Of a DNA stretch of 64,000 nucleotides, positions 1 to 13,700 are shown one piece after another. The stretch is from Octopus vulgaris (taxonomy: Eukaryota). How positions within the stretch are numbered: position 1 is the first letter of the stretch; each line of letters starts with the position of its first letter. Under the pieces are notes generated by a model. It made no database searches and was not told where the DNA came from. It worked only from the letters and a program-made list of their open reading frames with translations. The stretch lies in the NCBI GenBank assembly GCA_951406725.2, contig OX597819.1, positions 7,192,001 through 7,256,000 of the forward strand, written 5' to 3'. Made by a program: the position numbers and the translations under genes.

Positions 1-110
1 TTCCGTCTACCAAATCCACTCACAAGGCTTTGGTCGGCCCGGGGCTATAGTAGAAGACACTTGCCCAAGGTGCCACACTGTGGGACTGAACCCGGAACCA
101 TGTGGTTGGT
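1..110 (-). mobile_element. SINE family A, partial
   Basis: matches the 5' part of the family A copy at 341-735 in reverse. Confidence 0.8.
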
Positions 111-340
111 CTGAATATTTTCAATCTATATTTCTCTATTTACATGTATATATATGTGTGTGTGTGTGTATTTTTTATATCAAGCCCAAGCTTCTTTATT
201 TGTTTATTTCCATCGTTATCTATAGATCTATCTATCTATCTATCTATACACACACTAGCGCGCATACACACACATTTAAAGGTACAACTTTGCCACATTG
301 TGTCGAAGTTCCTTAACTCTTTTATTGTGAGAAGTTTATA

Positions 341-735
341 GGCGCAGGAGTGGCTGTGTGGTAAGTAGCTTGTTTACCAACCACATGGTTCTGGGTTCAG
401 TCCCACTGTGTGGTACCTTGGGCAAGTGTCTTCTACTATAGCCTCAGGCTGACCAAAGCCTTGTGAATGGATTTGGTAGACGGAAACTGAAAGAAGCCTG
501 TCGTATATATGTATATGTATATATGTATGTATGTGTGTTTGTCCCCCTAGCATTGCTTGACAACCGATGCTGGTGTGTTTATGTCCCCCGTTACTTAGCG
601 GTTCGGCAAAAGAGACCGATAGAATAAGTACTGGGCTTACAAAGAATAAGTCCCGGGGTCGAGTTGCTCGACTAAAGGCGGTGCTCCAGCATGGCCGTAG
701 TCAAATGGCTGAAACAGGTAAAAGAGTAAAAGAGT
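341..735 (+). mobile_element. SINE family A (tRNA-derived, ~400 bp, internal TA/TG microsatellite, GTAAAAGA tail)
   Basis: A box tggctgtgtgg, B box gggttcagtccc, then ccttgggcaagt; about 18 well-preserved copies in the window plus older ones. Confidence 0.9.
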
Positions 736-1119
736 ATACCAATCTATCTTTTCTTGAGGAATGTTTAGTGTTGAGACATGTCGAATCTATTTAGTCTATG
801 TAACTTGAAGAAAACACAAATACCTTTTTTTTTTTTTTGTCCTTGGGAGGTATTTAACATTATTACTTGAATAACCATCAAATTTAATTTTGCACGTGGA
901 AAGTTAAAAATAAAATTGCATGGAAGAATTATCTCCCTTAGACTCTCTAACATTTCTCTGGCGTGGAAAAACTTATCCGGAAAAATTTTAATGTTCCAAC
1001 ATTCGTATTGTGTTCATGATATTATTGGCAAATAGTTTTGATGAAGATATTTATGATAATGAAATTTTGATATTAAGCTTGGCCTGTAAGGCCAAGAAGC
1101 ATTATGATAATGGAAATGA

Positions 1120-1518
1120 TGTGGCTGTGTGGTAAGTAGCTTCTTTACCAACCACATGGTTCTGGGTTCAGTCCCACTGCGTGGCACCTTGGGCAAGTGT
1201 CTTCTTCTATCGCCTCGAGCCGACCAAAACTTGTGAGTGGATTTGGTAGACGGAAACTGAAAGAAGCCCGTCGTATATATGTATATATATATATATATAT
1301 ATGCGTGTGTGTGTTTGTGTGTCTGTGTTTGTCCCCCTAGCATTGCTTGACAACCGATGCTGGTGTGTTTATGTCCCCCGTTACTTAGCGGTTCGGCAAA
1401 AGAGACCGATAGAATAAGTACTGGGCTTAACAAAGAATAAGTCCCGGGGTCGAGTTGCTCGACTAAAGGCGGTGCTCCAGCATGGCCACAATCAAATGAC
1501 TGAAACAAGTAAAAGAGT
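1120..1518 (+). mobile_element. SINE family A
   Basis: near-identical to 341-735. Confidence 0.9.
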
Positions 1519-1593
1519 TGTCTTTTCTGTAAAGCTTTGTTTAATGTCCTTTGTTGTCTTTTATTCCAAGTGCTTAAAATTTATCTATTTCAG

Positions 1594-1786
1594 ACTTTCC
1601 AAGGCAATGTGGACCCTGAAGAATGCCTGAAAGATGCCCAGCAGTATTGGGATAAAATGATAGATATTGATGAGACCACCGTTAAAATGACACATGATGG
1701 ATATTTGAAGCTTTTCCAACTAAGTAGACCAAAACTGGGTTCCTATGATGTCATTTTGGTGGATGAAGCTCAAGATCTCACTCCAG
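1594..1786 (+). CDS. FBH1: FBH1 exon ([10 protein letters not shown]...[11 protein letters not shown]...[12 protein letters not shown]), Walker B/motif II
   Basis: tttcag acceptor ends 1593; CCAG|gttact donor; phase 0 to 1. Confidence 0.92.
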
Positions 1787-4700
1787 GTTACTATTTTATA
1801 TAAAAATACTAGCAGTATCGCCCGGCGTTGCTCGGGTTTGTAAGGGAAATAACTATATAAGCATTTTTAGAGATGTAAAGTATAATAGCCATCTCAATAT
1901 GGCTAACCACAAGGGGGTGTTACTGTAGCTTTTTACGTTCTGAGATTTAATAATACATTTTTAGAGAGTTACTTCTCTTATATATGCCAAAAATGCATTA
2001 AAAATGGGAAAAATTGATGGTAAATTTTTTTTAAATCGTAGACTCATCGTAGACGCGCGCTAATACCCAGAAGGGCTCAATATGAATCATGACTATAAGA
2101 TACCCGGTTTTGGTTAAACTGCACCTCAAAATGTGGGAGTAGTTAGGAATCTAAATCGTAGGAGACAGACAGCACACAACTTCACTTTTATATATAAAGA
2201 TTTCCTCAATGATATGCCCCTGCACACAACCTGTGCCTGTCGAATCTTTCCCCTACAATTCATCTTCATTGCACCCTTTTCACTCTATCTGTGTTCACTA
2301 CTCACTGCATTCTAGGATATGTTCATTCACATTGACTACTGCATATCTTGTCTGTGAACATGTATGCCTATAGGTAAATCCTTTATGGCCTGACCTGGCA
2401 CCACATAAAAAGCACTCATGCTAATGCCATGTTAAAAGCACATGTACTGGCACCATGTATCAAGCACTTGTGCCGGCACCGTGTGGTGGAAGCACTCCGT
2501 CGGTTACGACGACAAGGGTTCCGGTTGATCCGATCAACGGAACAGCCTGCTCGTGAAATTAACGTGTAAGTGGCTGAGCACTCCACAGACACGTGTACCC
2601 TTAACGTAGTTCTCGGGGATATTCAGCGTGACACAGAGAGTGACAAGGCCGGCCCTTTGAAATACAGGTACAACAGAAACAGGAAGTAAGAGTGAGAGAA
2701 AGTTGTGGTGAAAGAGTACAGCAGGGATCACCACCATCCCCTGCCGGAGCGTCGTGGAGCTTTAGGTGTTTTCGCTCAATAAACACTCACAACGCTCGGT
2801 CTGGGAATCGAAACCGCGATCCTATGACCGTGAGTCCGCTGCCCTAACCACTGGGCCATTGTGCCTCCATGCCAGCACCGTGTGCTGGTATCATGTATGA
2901 AGCACTTTGTGCTGGCACCACATAAAAGCATCGGTGCCAGTGTCACTTAAAAAGGACCCAGCACACTCTGTAAAGTGGTTGGCATTAGGAAGGACATCCA
3001 GCCATAGAAACCATGCCAAATCAGGAACGGAGCCTGGTCAACTCTTGTCAAACCATTCAGTCCATTCCAGCATAGAAAACAGACATTAAATGATGGTGAT
3101 GATGATGATGATTCTGAAGGATGAAAGGCAAAATTGTACAAATGCTTCTATTTGTCCTAACACTTACCAGCAAAGAAGTGAGAATGGAGTCTTGTGTTAA
3201 GATTTAAGATCAGGCCTGTAGATTTTATGCTTTGACAGCAGGTTCAACACTGTGCCTGTTACAGGTTTTCTAAGTCTTATAAAGTTAAAATTTTTGTTAC
3301 AGCTATTGCTGACATATTGTTGTCACAGCCACAAGCGAAAATTCTAGTTGGAGACCCAAATCAACAAATTTATGCATTTCGTGGTGCAATTAATGCCATG
3401 CAAAGTATTGAAGCAAACCAAATATTCTACCTTACTCAAGTAAGTAGCATCATTATCTTTCTTGAAAATTAATCAGCAAAAAATACTACCAAAAAAACAT
3501 CAATAATATGAGAAACTGCTGTACTGGCATTTTTATCATACACTAAATGACCTTACTATTCAAATATTCACTAAGTTAATAATGGTGGAGGCGCAATGGC
3601 CCAGTAGTTAGGGCAGCGGACTCGCGGTCGTAGGATCGCGTTTTCGAATCCCAGACCGGGCATTGTGAGTGTTTATTGAGCGAAAACACCTAAAAAGCTC
3701 CACGAGGCTCCGGCAGGGGATGGTGGTGATCCCTGCTGTACTCTTTCACCACAACTTTCTCTCACTCTTACTTCCTGTTTCTGTTGTACCTGTATTTCAA
3801 AGGGGCCGGCCTTGTCACTCTCTGTGTCACGCTGAATATCCCCGAGAACTACGTTAAGGGTACACGTGTCTGTGGAGTGCTCAGCCACTTACACGTTAAT
3901 TTCACGAGCAGGCTGTTCCGTTGATCGGATCAACCGGAACCCTCGTCGTCGTAACCGACGGGGTGCTTCCATAACAAGTTAATAATGGTTTTAAGACCAC
4001 ATTTTAATTTTTCTGTGTTTCTTTCTCTTTTTCAGTCTTTCAGATTTGGGCCAGAAATAGCTTTTGCTGCCAACTGCTTTCTCCAGAGATCTTGTCGTTG
4101 CAAAGAAATCCTAGTTGGTGGGACAAATAAATGTAAGTAACTTCCATCCTGATTCTATTTTTCCATTAATTTCTGAGCAGCAAATTTCCAGAATATAGAA
4201 ACTGTTTCAGTAGACTCAGAGTATCTGTTTAATTATATTTTGATTACCTTTCTTGATTCTGTACAAAAGACTTAAATATTTGAAATCATGATTAGCTTTT
4301 TAGCTGGTGCCATTAATGAAGTTCACTCTCATCATCATCATCATCATTTAGCGTCCGCTTTCCATGCTAGCATGGGTTGGACGGTTCAACTGGGGTCTGG
4401 GAAGCCAGAAGGCCGCATCAGGCCCAGTCTGATCTGGCAGTGTTTCTACGACTGGATGCCCTTCCTAACGCCAACCACTCCATGAGTGTAGTGGGTGCTT
4501 TTTACGTGCCACCCGCACAGGAGCCAGACGGAGCTGGCAAACGGTCACGGACGGATGGTGCTTTTTACGTGCCACCGGCACGGGGGCCAGTCGAGGCTGG
4601 CAACGGCCACGAACAGATGGTGCTACGTGCCACCAGCACGGGGGCCAGGCGAGGCTAGCAACAGCCACGAACGGATGGTGCTTTTTACGTGCCACCGGCA

Positions 4701-7700
4701 CGGGGGCCAGGCGAGGCTAGCAATGGCCACAATCGGATGGTGCTTTTACGTGCCACCGGCACAGAGGCCAGGCAAGGCTGGCAACGGCCACGAACGGATG
4801 GTGCTACGTGCCACCAGCACGGGGGCCAGGCGAAGCTGGCAACTCTATTGTATGTAATTTAGGTTATAACCCTCATCTTCTCTCTCCACCCAAGTTTTTC
4901 TTACTAATAGTAGTAGGATGCTCAGATTTCAGACTAGACATCAGTTACATCAATCTCACCAGTCTGGAAGAACCTGTGAAGCTGAGGAGCATTGTTTCTC
5001 CTCTTCTTCTTCCTCCTCTTCTTCCCCTTCTCTTGACTAACTTTATTTTTTTTGTTAAGCAATCAATAGTAAACTAGATGGCATTAGGAAGGGCATCCAG
5101 CCGTAGAAACACTGCCAGATCAGACTGGGCCTGATGCAGCCTTCTGGCTTCACAGACCCCAGTTGAACCATCCAACCCATGCTAGCATGGAAAATGGACG
5201 CTAAATGATAATGATGATGATGATGATGTGAAAAATCTTAAGTAATATATTTATATTTACTTATCACTAAGTTTGTCTCGTAAAAGCATGATCTGTTCTT
5301 GATGTCATCACTACCAGGCAAGCTGAAAAGAAATTTCTTTTGTGCATCTGAGGAATCAGTGTGCTATGTGTGGGTTCACTGCTTAAACACTCACCTAACA
5401 CCCAAAGGCAAAATCTGATGATATTCACACCAATGTGCCATTTTGAATATCTCCTGGAAAAGTATCTGACCAAACAAAGACTGTTTAGCGGTCTCCTCAA
5501 AATCACTGATGTCATTTGAGAGGGGCACATGCATTATGCAGGGCACTGCTTGAGAGCCAAGCAAGAACTTGTTAATGATACCCTCTTGTGGATAAACAGT
5601 TATAGATATACACAAGTCAGCTGTCCAACAAAAATCTTCATCAACTAGTTCTGTACAGGTCCTGGATGTTGCTCTGCTGACTTCCAAAATGTTATTTGGA
5701 GTTATGATGGTTAGTGTGATCGAGTTGAGAAAATCTGAGTGAGTTCAAAACTGGATGATAATTAAATGGTTACACCACTGTAACATGTGCCACTAAAGGA
5801 ACATTAAGCATCAGACAAATCAAGACAGCAATATTGGTTCAATTCTTGGTTGAGACTTGGCCCCCGTGCCGGTGGCACGTAAAAAGCACCATCCGTTTGT
5901 GGCCGTTGCCACCCACGCCTGGCCCCTGTGCCAGTGGCACGTAAAAAGCACCATCCGTCCGTGGCCGTCTGCCAGCTCTGTCTGGCACCTGTGCAGGTGG
6001 CACGTAAAAAGCACCCACTACACTCACGGAGTGGTTGGCATTAGGAAGGGCATCCAGCTGTAGAAACACTGCCAGATCAGACTGGGCCTGAAGCAGCCTT
6101 CTGGCTTCACAGACCCCTGTTGAACCGTCCAACCCATGCTAGCATGGAAAGCGGATGCTGAATGATGATGATGATGATTTACATTGCCAATAGTCTTTGA
6201 GGAAATCATGAGCAGCACATTACATTTCCCCCACTCTAAAATGTAGAACTTCTGTGACAACAAGAAATCACTATTTCACACTACTAAGATTTGTAGTTAC
6301 CATTAAAAGAAAGAATAAAGCTGAGCACTTTATAGCTTACTATTATATTCTTAAAATTACCATTTAGCTTATATTTTGAATTTTTTTTTTTTTTCCTACA
6401 GCAACTATCAAAGGGGAAACTATTGGACAACTGGCTTACATTGCTCGGTGCAACTTTACACTATTTTCTGAAGCAGTCCAGCTTGGTTACAACAAAAAAC
6501 CTCGAATAAAAATGGCTTTTGTTGGGGTAAAAAATCGTTTTATTAATATTTTTCCTTCTTCAACATATGAAGTTTACTTTGAGTTTGTTATACCAAATTT
6601 TCAAGAGATATATTAATACTAACAAAACTTGTATGTTTTAGTTAATCAATCTCATCTTGTTAAAAGATAATGAAATTATCTATAGATTGTTAAGTACCAA
6701 TACTAAACACATTACACTTATTAGACTTTGTTTTTCAACCTATCAATAACAAGTGTTTTAAAATCATTTTCCATGCATTTCTGAGTTTGTCTCCTTCAAT
6801 CTAGCTTGAGTAGATATAGTACTTAACCTTTTAGCATTCAGATTACTCACTCAAATGTAAAAAGGGTAAAAATAACTACTTTGGTCATGAATGACCATGG
6901 GATTGTGCCTAGAAAGTTCCCCTCCTAGGCACAAGTCTGGGCAAGGTTGTTTAAGGAAGACCAGCAGTCGTCCATGCATACCAGCCTCCTCCCCTCTCCA
7001 CACAACCAATGTTATCCAAGAGAAAGGCAAAGGGGCCAATACAGCTTGGCACCAGTGACATCACAACTCGTTTCTACAGCTGAGTGAACTGGAGCAACGT
7101 GAAATAAAGTGTTTTGCACAAGAATACAACACAGCCCAGTCCAGGAATGAAACTCACAACCTGACAATAGTAAGCCCGATACCCTAACCCCTGAACCATG
7201 AGCCTTCAGTCAAACATATTGCTTATTTATTCACATTGTTTTCAGTTAATCCTGTGTTATCTCATAGCTTTGAGATTTCATGATGTGATTGTTTAGTTTT
7301 GCAATGGCATTTTAAGGTAAGTATTTCAGAATCAAAATTGAACCAATTCTATGACTGGCACCCAGCAGATGCCAGGACCCCTGGACTGGTGGTACGTAAA
7401 AAGCACCATCCGAATCGTGGCCGAAGCCAGCCTTGCCTGGCACCTGTGCAGGTGGCACGTAAAAAGCACCCACTACACTCACGGAGTGGTTGACGTTAGG
7501 AAGGGCATCCAGCTGTAGAAAAATTTCCAGATAAGACTGGAGCCTGGTGCAGCCTTCTGGCTTCCTAGATCCCCGGTTGAACCGTCCAACCCATGCTAGC
7601 ATGGAGAACGGACGTTAAACAATGATGATGATGAGAGGCTGGAGCTGACCAATTTGAACATAAAACAGATAGAATATTTTGGCCAGATATGGCCAGTTTA

Positions 7701-10700
7701 AATGCTAAAGGTTTAATCTAAAATTATCAGAATTATCCAAAGCACAGTAACCTTTTATGTAAAAAAAAAAAAAAAAGCAATAAACAGACAAAAAAAGAAA
7801 GCACTTTTTCTCACATTGATTAATCCTTTTGTTACTGTATTTATTTTGAGATGCTCTGTGTTTCTTTCAATTAATTTTAAATATAACAAAGAATTTAGTA
7901 AAATAACTTAGTTACCATTAAGCTAGTGTTAGGAACATAAATTGTGACTAAGGTTTTGTGGAAGATTTTAATTCAAAATCTATGAAAACAAGACATTTGT
8001 ACTACAGAGCCAGCCCTGGTTTCAACCAGGTTGGTAACAAAAGGGTTAAGAGTCATGTTGAAGGCGGCGAGCTGGCAGAAACGTTAGCACGCCGGGCGAA
8101 ATGCGTAGCCGTATTTCGTCCGCCGTTACGTTCTGAGTTCAAATTCCGCCGAGGTCGACTTTGCCTTTCATCCTTTCGGGGTCGATTAAATAACTACCAG
8201 TTATGCACTGGGGTCGATATGATCGACTTAATCTGTTTGTCTGTCCTTGTTCGTCCTCTCTGTGTTTAACCCCTTGTGGGTAGTAAAGAAATAGGTTACG
8301 AGTCATTCTTTGGAAGTGGCTTTTACTGGAGGATTGGTATTCAGCGTTACAGTTAGGTTTTTAGAAATCAACTAAGGTGTCTCTTCACAGTTGCTTGATC
8401 TGCTAAAGATATCGGTTGAATTTCCCTGAAACCACATGCTACCTCGTTAACAAAAAAAGAATGATAAGTTGGACAATGTAGTCCTGTCACACTATACTTG
8501 TAAAAGACTGGACGGTCACATCTAAGACACTTTTATTCTCGGTCAGTTATACCAGGATTCATTTGTTCTTTTTGCATCTCTTTTAAAATAATAATAATAA
8601 TAATAATAATAATGAAATTATTGTATACAGTGCTCAGGTGCACCACAACTTGTCAGAAAGTGCGTATAAAGTATATGCAGTAATGTAAAAATGTCTGGAA
8701 AGCGAACAATGCATGAGTCAGATACATGCCTGTGTGTGTATGGAGGGGAGAAAATCAGGTGTAGTGTTGGCGAATCTCAGGAAGCATGGAAGTTTTGAAG
8801 GATGCAGTGCTCCGACAACTAACAACTGATGCCGGCAGTTTGTTCCATGCTTCAGCAACTCTCAGCGTGAAAAAATGTTTCCTGAAGTCATGGGAGCTGT
8901 GCTGTTCTGATTGGTCAATGATCATTTGAAGTTAGGTTCTACATTGAAGATGGGTCATCTGCAAGATCCCAATGGTTCTCTACAAGTTAACATAGCAATA
9001 CAACATAGAGCATCGTGTACATTACCATATTTCACTTATATTTCATGTTTTGATATCCTTATATTCTGTTCTGATATTCCTTTATTTTCATTTTTTTCAT
9101 ATATCAAGGGAACTACTGGTTTTGGATTTAATGTGCTTCGTGATATCCATTCTCTATTAGTTGGTGAACGCCCAGTTAAAGGTAACACTTTGTCAAGCAT
9201 TACTTCTTTATCGGTGGTAAATAAGTAAATATCTCTTAATCCTGGCTGTGATACTCCCTCGCTACTCTTGCTCATGATCAGAGATGCACATGTTGTCAGC
9301 CACTAAGGGACATGCTCAAGTGGTTACGGTCAAGCAACTGACGAGCAAATCTGTGGTATTGCTATAACGATATTTCTGCTTCAGCACCTCAGCACTGAAG
9401 CTATTTGAAATGTAATGGAAAATATATCAGTTTGAAAACATTGATGTCCAGGTGACAAAAGCAAAGTTTGAAGGGAATAGTAGTGATTTCCTTTGATTTC
9501 TAGATAGAAGCAATTAGGAAACAACAACTTACTGACCAAAGAAGAAAAATATTAAAATTTTGTTACACAGTGTGATAGAAACCACCCAAGATGTCATGCA
9601 GTGAGGTTGCACCTGAAACTACATGATTACAAATCAAATGTCCTAACCACAGAACCATGTCTGTGCCAATTATCCTTATATCAATAGACCTTTATTCACT
9701 GGTCTAAATACTTAAACAGTTCACTAAGTACAATTACCTATTTCTTTACTACCCACAACGGGCTAAACACAGAAGAGACAAACAAGGACAGACAAACGGA
9801 TTAAGTCGATTACATCGACCCCAGTGCGTAACTGGTACTTAATTTATCGACCCCCGAAAGGATGAAAGGCAAAGTCGACCTTGGCGGATTTGAACTCAGA
9901 ACGTAACGGCAGACGAAATACAGCTACGCATTTCGCCCGGCGTGCTAACGTTTCTGCCAGCTCACCGCCTATAAAAGTTCACTAAGTACAATTACCACCC
10001 ATTGAAGAGCAAGTCTTGAAACACTAAGTTCTTCACTCTTCAAGACAACTGAATTTACAAAGTGCTTCAGTGGTCTCTCCTAATGTCCAACTGTTATTGA
10101 CACGAGATCATCATCAATTTCCTCAACTTCCAGATTTTTACCTTTTATATACTTAATACAAGCTCCCAGTTAATTTTACAGCAACAACATACCAAGTGTT
10201 ACTTGAAAGAGTTGATGAATAGAATTGTCTTTTCTGTGTTTTTTTTTCAGTCATTCAACTGTGGCCATGATGGGGCACCATCTTGAAGAATTTTTGTCAG
10301 ACTTATTCTATCAGTCTCTGTTGCCAAACTGCTAAGTTATGGGGATGTAAACACACCAACACCAGTGGTTAAGTGAAGATAGGAGACAAACACATACACA
10401 AAGGCATACACACACACACACACACATATATAAGATGAGCTTCTTTCAGTTTCCGTCTACCAAATCCACTCACAAGGCTTTGGTCAGCCTGAGGCTAAAG
10501 TGGAAGACACTTGCCCAAGGTGACACACGGTGGGACTGAACCCAGAACCATGTAGTTGGGAAGCAAACTTTTTATCACACAGCCACGCCTTTCCTTTTGT
10601 AATAGATATGTTTAACCTTTTAGCACCCTTATTAATTATTATAGTTTGGATGAGGGATTTCAACCATTCTGCCTCTGGCCAATCTTACATGAGTATTACT

Positions 10701-13700
10701 ATATTCTTTGTATTGCAGCCTCTCAGAACAAACCTAGTTTTGTTGCCCGGTTCTCTAGCTTCCATGCTTTGAAGCGATATGCTGAACACTCTTGTGACTA
10801 CGAGTTGCTGGGACAGATTCAAATTGCACAGACATATGCCATTCATCTGCCGAAGATCCTAGATTTCTTCCAGGAGTCAGAAATAAAAGAAGTTCGAGAT
10901 GCTGGTAAGTTATTATCTTTTTGTAAATGTGACTTATGATTAAATTTAAAATTATAACTTATGGATCAAGTGGGTTATACTGCATTAGTCTTTTACAGGT
11001 TTCTGTCATTGAACAGCAGTCATACTGGGGTGCCTCCTTCATGTCAACCCTAGTACTTGTTTCAATCTGATATTTATTCTACTGTTCTTTATTTGTCAAA
11101 CCAATATGTTATAGGAAAGAAAGAGACACAGTATAAACAAACTAGTTTTTAGATTGGTATAAACACAGACACATACACGAAAGGCTCCTTCACACATTAT
11201 ATCTCCCAAGTTCTACACAAGGTAACGATCAATTTGAGGCTATAGTAGAATACATTTGCTCAAGTGCTCAAGGTACCATGTGGTGAGATTGAACTCAAAA
11301 CCATGTGATTACACAGCTAACTTCTTAACCATACAGCTACTCTCTCTTTTACTCTTTTACTTGTTTCAGTCATTTGACTGCGGCCATGCTGGAGCACCGC
11401 CTTTTATCGAGCAACTCGACCCCGGGACTTATTCTTTTGTAAGCCCAGTACTTATTCTATCGGTCTCTTTTGCCAAACCGCTAAGTAACGGAGACGTAAA
11501 CACACCAGCATCGGTTGTCAAGCAATGCTAGGGGGACAAACACAGATACACAAACACACACACACGCATATATATATATATATATATACATATATACAAC
11601 GGGCTTCTTTCAGTTTCCGTCTACCAAATCCACTCACAAGGCTTTGGTTGGCCCGAGGCTATAGTAGAAGACACTTGCCCAAGGTGCCACGCAGTGGGAC
11701 TGAACCCGGAACCATGTGGTTGGTAAAGAAGCTACTTACCACACAGCCACTCCTTAAGGAAATAAGTTGAAAAAAATTGTTGAACATGACATATAAGGTG
11801 CATGTCATGGCTGCCTGGTCCATATTTTTTGAACCAATAGATATTGCCCATTCACATTACTTGACCATAAGAGTGAAGCTGCCATTTCTGCACACTGATA
11901 CATGTCCTTAATGACCAGATGTTCTCTTAATTTACATTTTTTTATTATTATTATTATTTATATCATATTGCCAGTAATGTGAGTGGACAATATCTGTTGG
12001 TTGAAAAATATGGGTACTGGGCAATTATCCTTGGCAAGAAAGGCCAATAAAACAGAAGCAGTGAGTTTGGATCTCAGGATGTTTGACCCTGGTGATTGAC
12101 TGTTGCCCTCCCACAAAATTTCAGGCTTTGAGCCTATAGAAGAAAAGATTATCATTATTTATCCATCTTTTGTGTTCTGAGTTCAAATTCTGCCGAGGTT
12201 GACTTTGTTTTCCATTCTTACGGGATTCATAAATTGAGTACCACAGGGATTGATGTAATTGACTAGCCCCATCTTCCAAAATTTCAAACCTTATGCCTTT
12301 ACTATAAAGGTTTTATTATTATTGTTGTTGTTGTTGTTGTTATTAGGATCGTGGATTGGCAGAATCATTTCAGCATTGAGCAAAATGTCTTCTGCTATTC
12401 ATCCCCACAAAATTTCTTGTGCCTAAATTAGAGATAATTATAATTATTAAAAAGGCCATGATTTCAGAATCAGTAGAACACCAAACAAATACTTAAGGAG
12501 CTTGCTTCCCAACCATGTGATCTTGGGTTCAGTCCCATTGCATAGCACCTTGCATGGCCCTTACCAACTAAATCCTTGTGAGTGAATTTGGTTGACTGAA
12601 ACTGAAAGGAGCCTGTTGTAGATATATCTATGTGTGTGTGTGTGTTCATGTAAATCCTTGACTTGACCTCATGTGATGGTCATAAACAAGCATCATTATA
12701 ATACTGGTGATGTCATTTGTTTCCAGTCTTCTAAGAAACACATGTCTGGCCAGAGGAAAGTATTACTTTGTTTGGAAACAGGTGAGGGTTGGCAACTGGA
12801 AAGGCATCCAGTTACATAAAATCTATTTCATCAAATTCCCTTTGACCCATGCAAGTGTGGAAAAATGAACATTAAATGATGATGATGATGATAATGTTGG
12901 GGGGGGCTTGTGTGTTTTTCTTTTTTGCATTTTTGTTTTTGTTATTTTTTTTCTCTTAATTTTTCTGTTATTTTAGAAATAGTCTTCACTACTGCCCACA
13001 AATCTAAAGGTCTTGAATTTGATACCGTGAAGATTCTTGATGACTTCAACTTAGGTTTGTCTAATTAAAACTGCTTATTCATTACCACTTCCTTGTCTAA
13101 TTTCTCATAACAAGCATGAACTTTATCAACTATCCTTGAGTAATTCTTCAAATTTAAATAAATAACTATGATTTATTAGAGCAAAAACTAGTGACTATCC
13201 AGAATGGTAAAATTCAAACATAAGAATGGAAGCAGTATCTGCTTTTTTTAATTAGGGCAAGTAAGCTACTAATTTGTCTTATCAATGAGTACATTTGAAC
13301 TTGTGATCCAATACCTTAATCATTCTGACAACTTCAGTCTTTCTCCCTCTCTCTCTCTCTCTCTACGAGAGTAAAAGGAATTGCAACAGGCATGTTTATC
13401 TCCAGTCTCGAGCTAATCGACTTTTTCGTTTTCCACATGAAACGGAAAATAAGGCTGGAGAAGAAATGCCTGTCGCAAAGTGTGTTTCATAAAAGATGGA
13501 AGTCTATAGCAAGTATGTTGCGAGTGAAAGAACCTATTTAATCGAGAATGTAAAAAAGGATAAAGCAAAGTCTTCAGTGTGAGTATGTGGTTTGTGGGGT
13601 CAACCGCGTCCTCCGCTTCATTTTTTGTTAATCACTCATTCTCATTTAATTGGATATATTTTAATTGTTTGTTTATTCATATGTTTCATCTCATTCGATA

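Noticed and set aside
1014-1508. Recurrent ORFs such as [25 protein letters not shown] and MDGSTGV across the window
   Set aside because: They recur because they are frames through SINE A, SINE B and family D copies, not a gene family.
3587-3660. tRNA genes at the heads of SINE families A, B, C and E
   Set aside because: A and B boxes are present, but the heads continue into SINE bodies with TSDs and I see no complete cloverleaf.
4494-4843. CRISPR-like repeat array
   Set aside because: The intervening sequences are homologous rather than unique spacers, there are no cas genes, and the context is a eukaryotic LINE 3' UTR.
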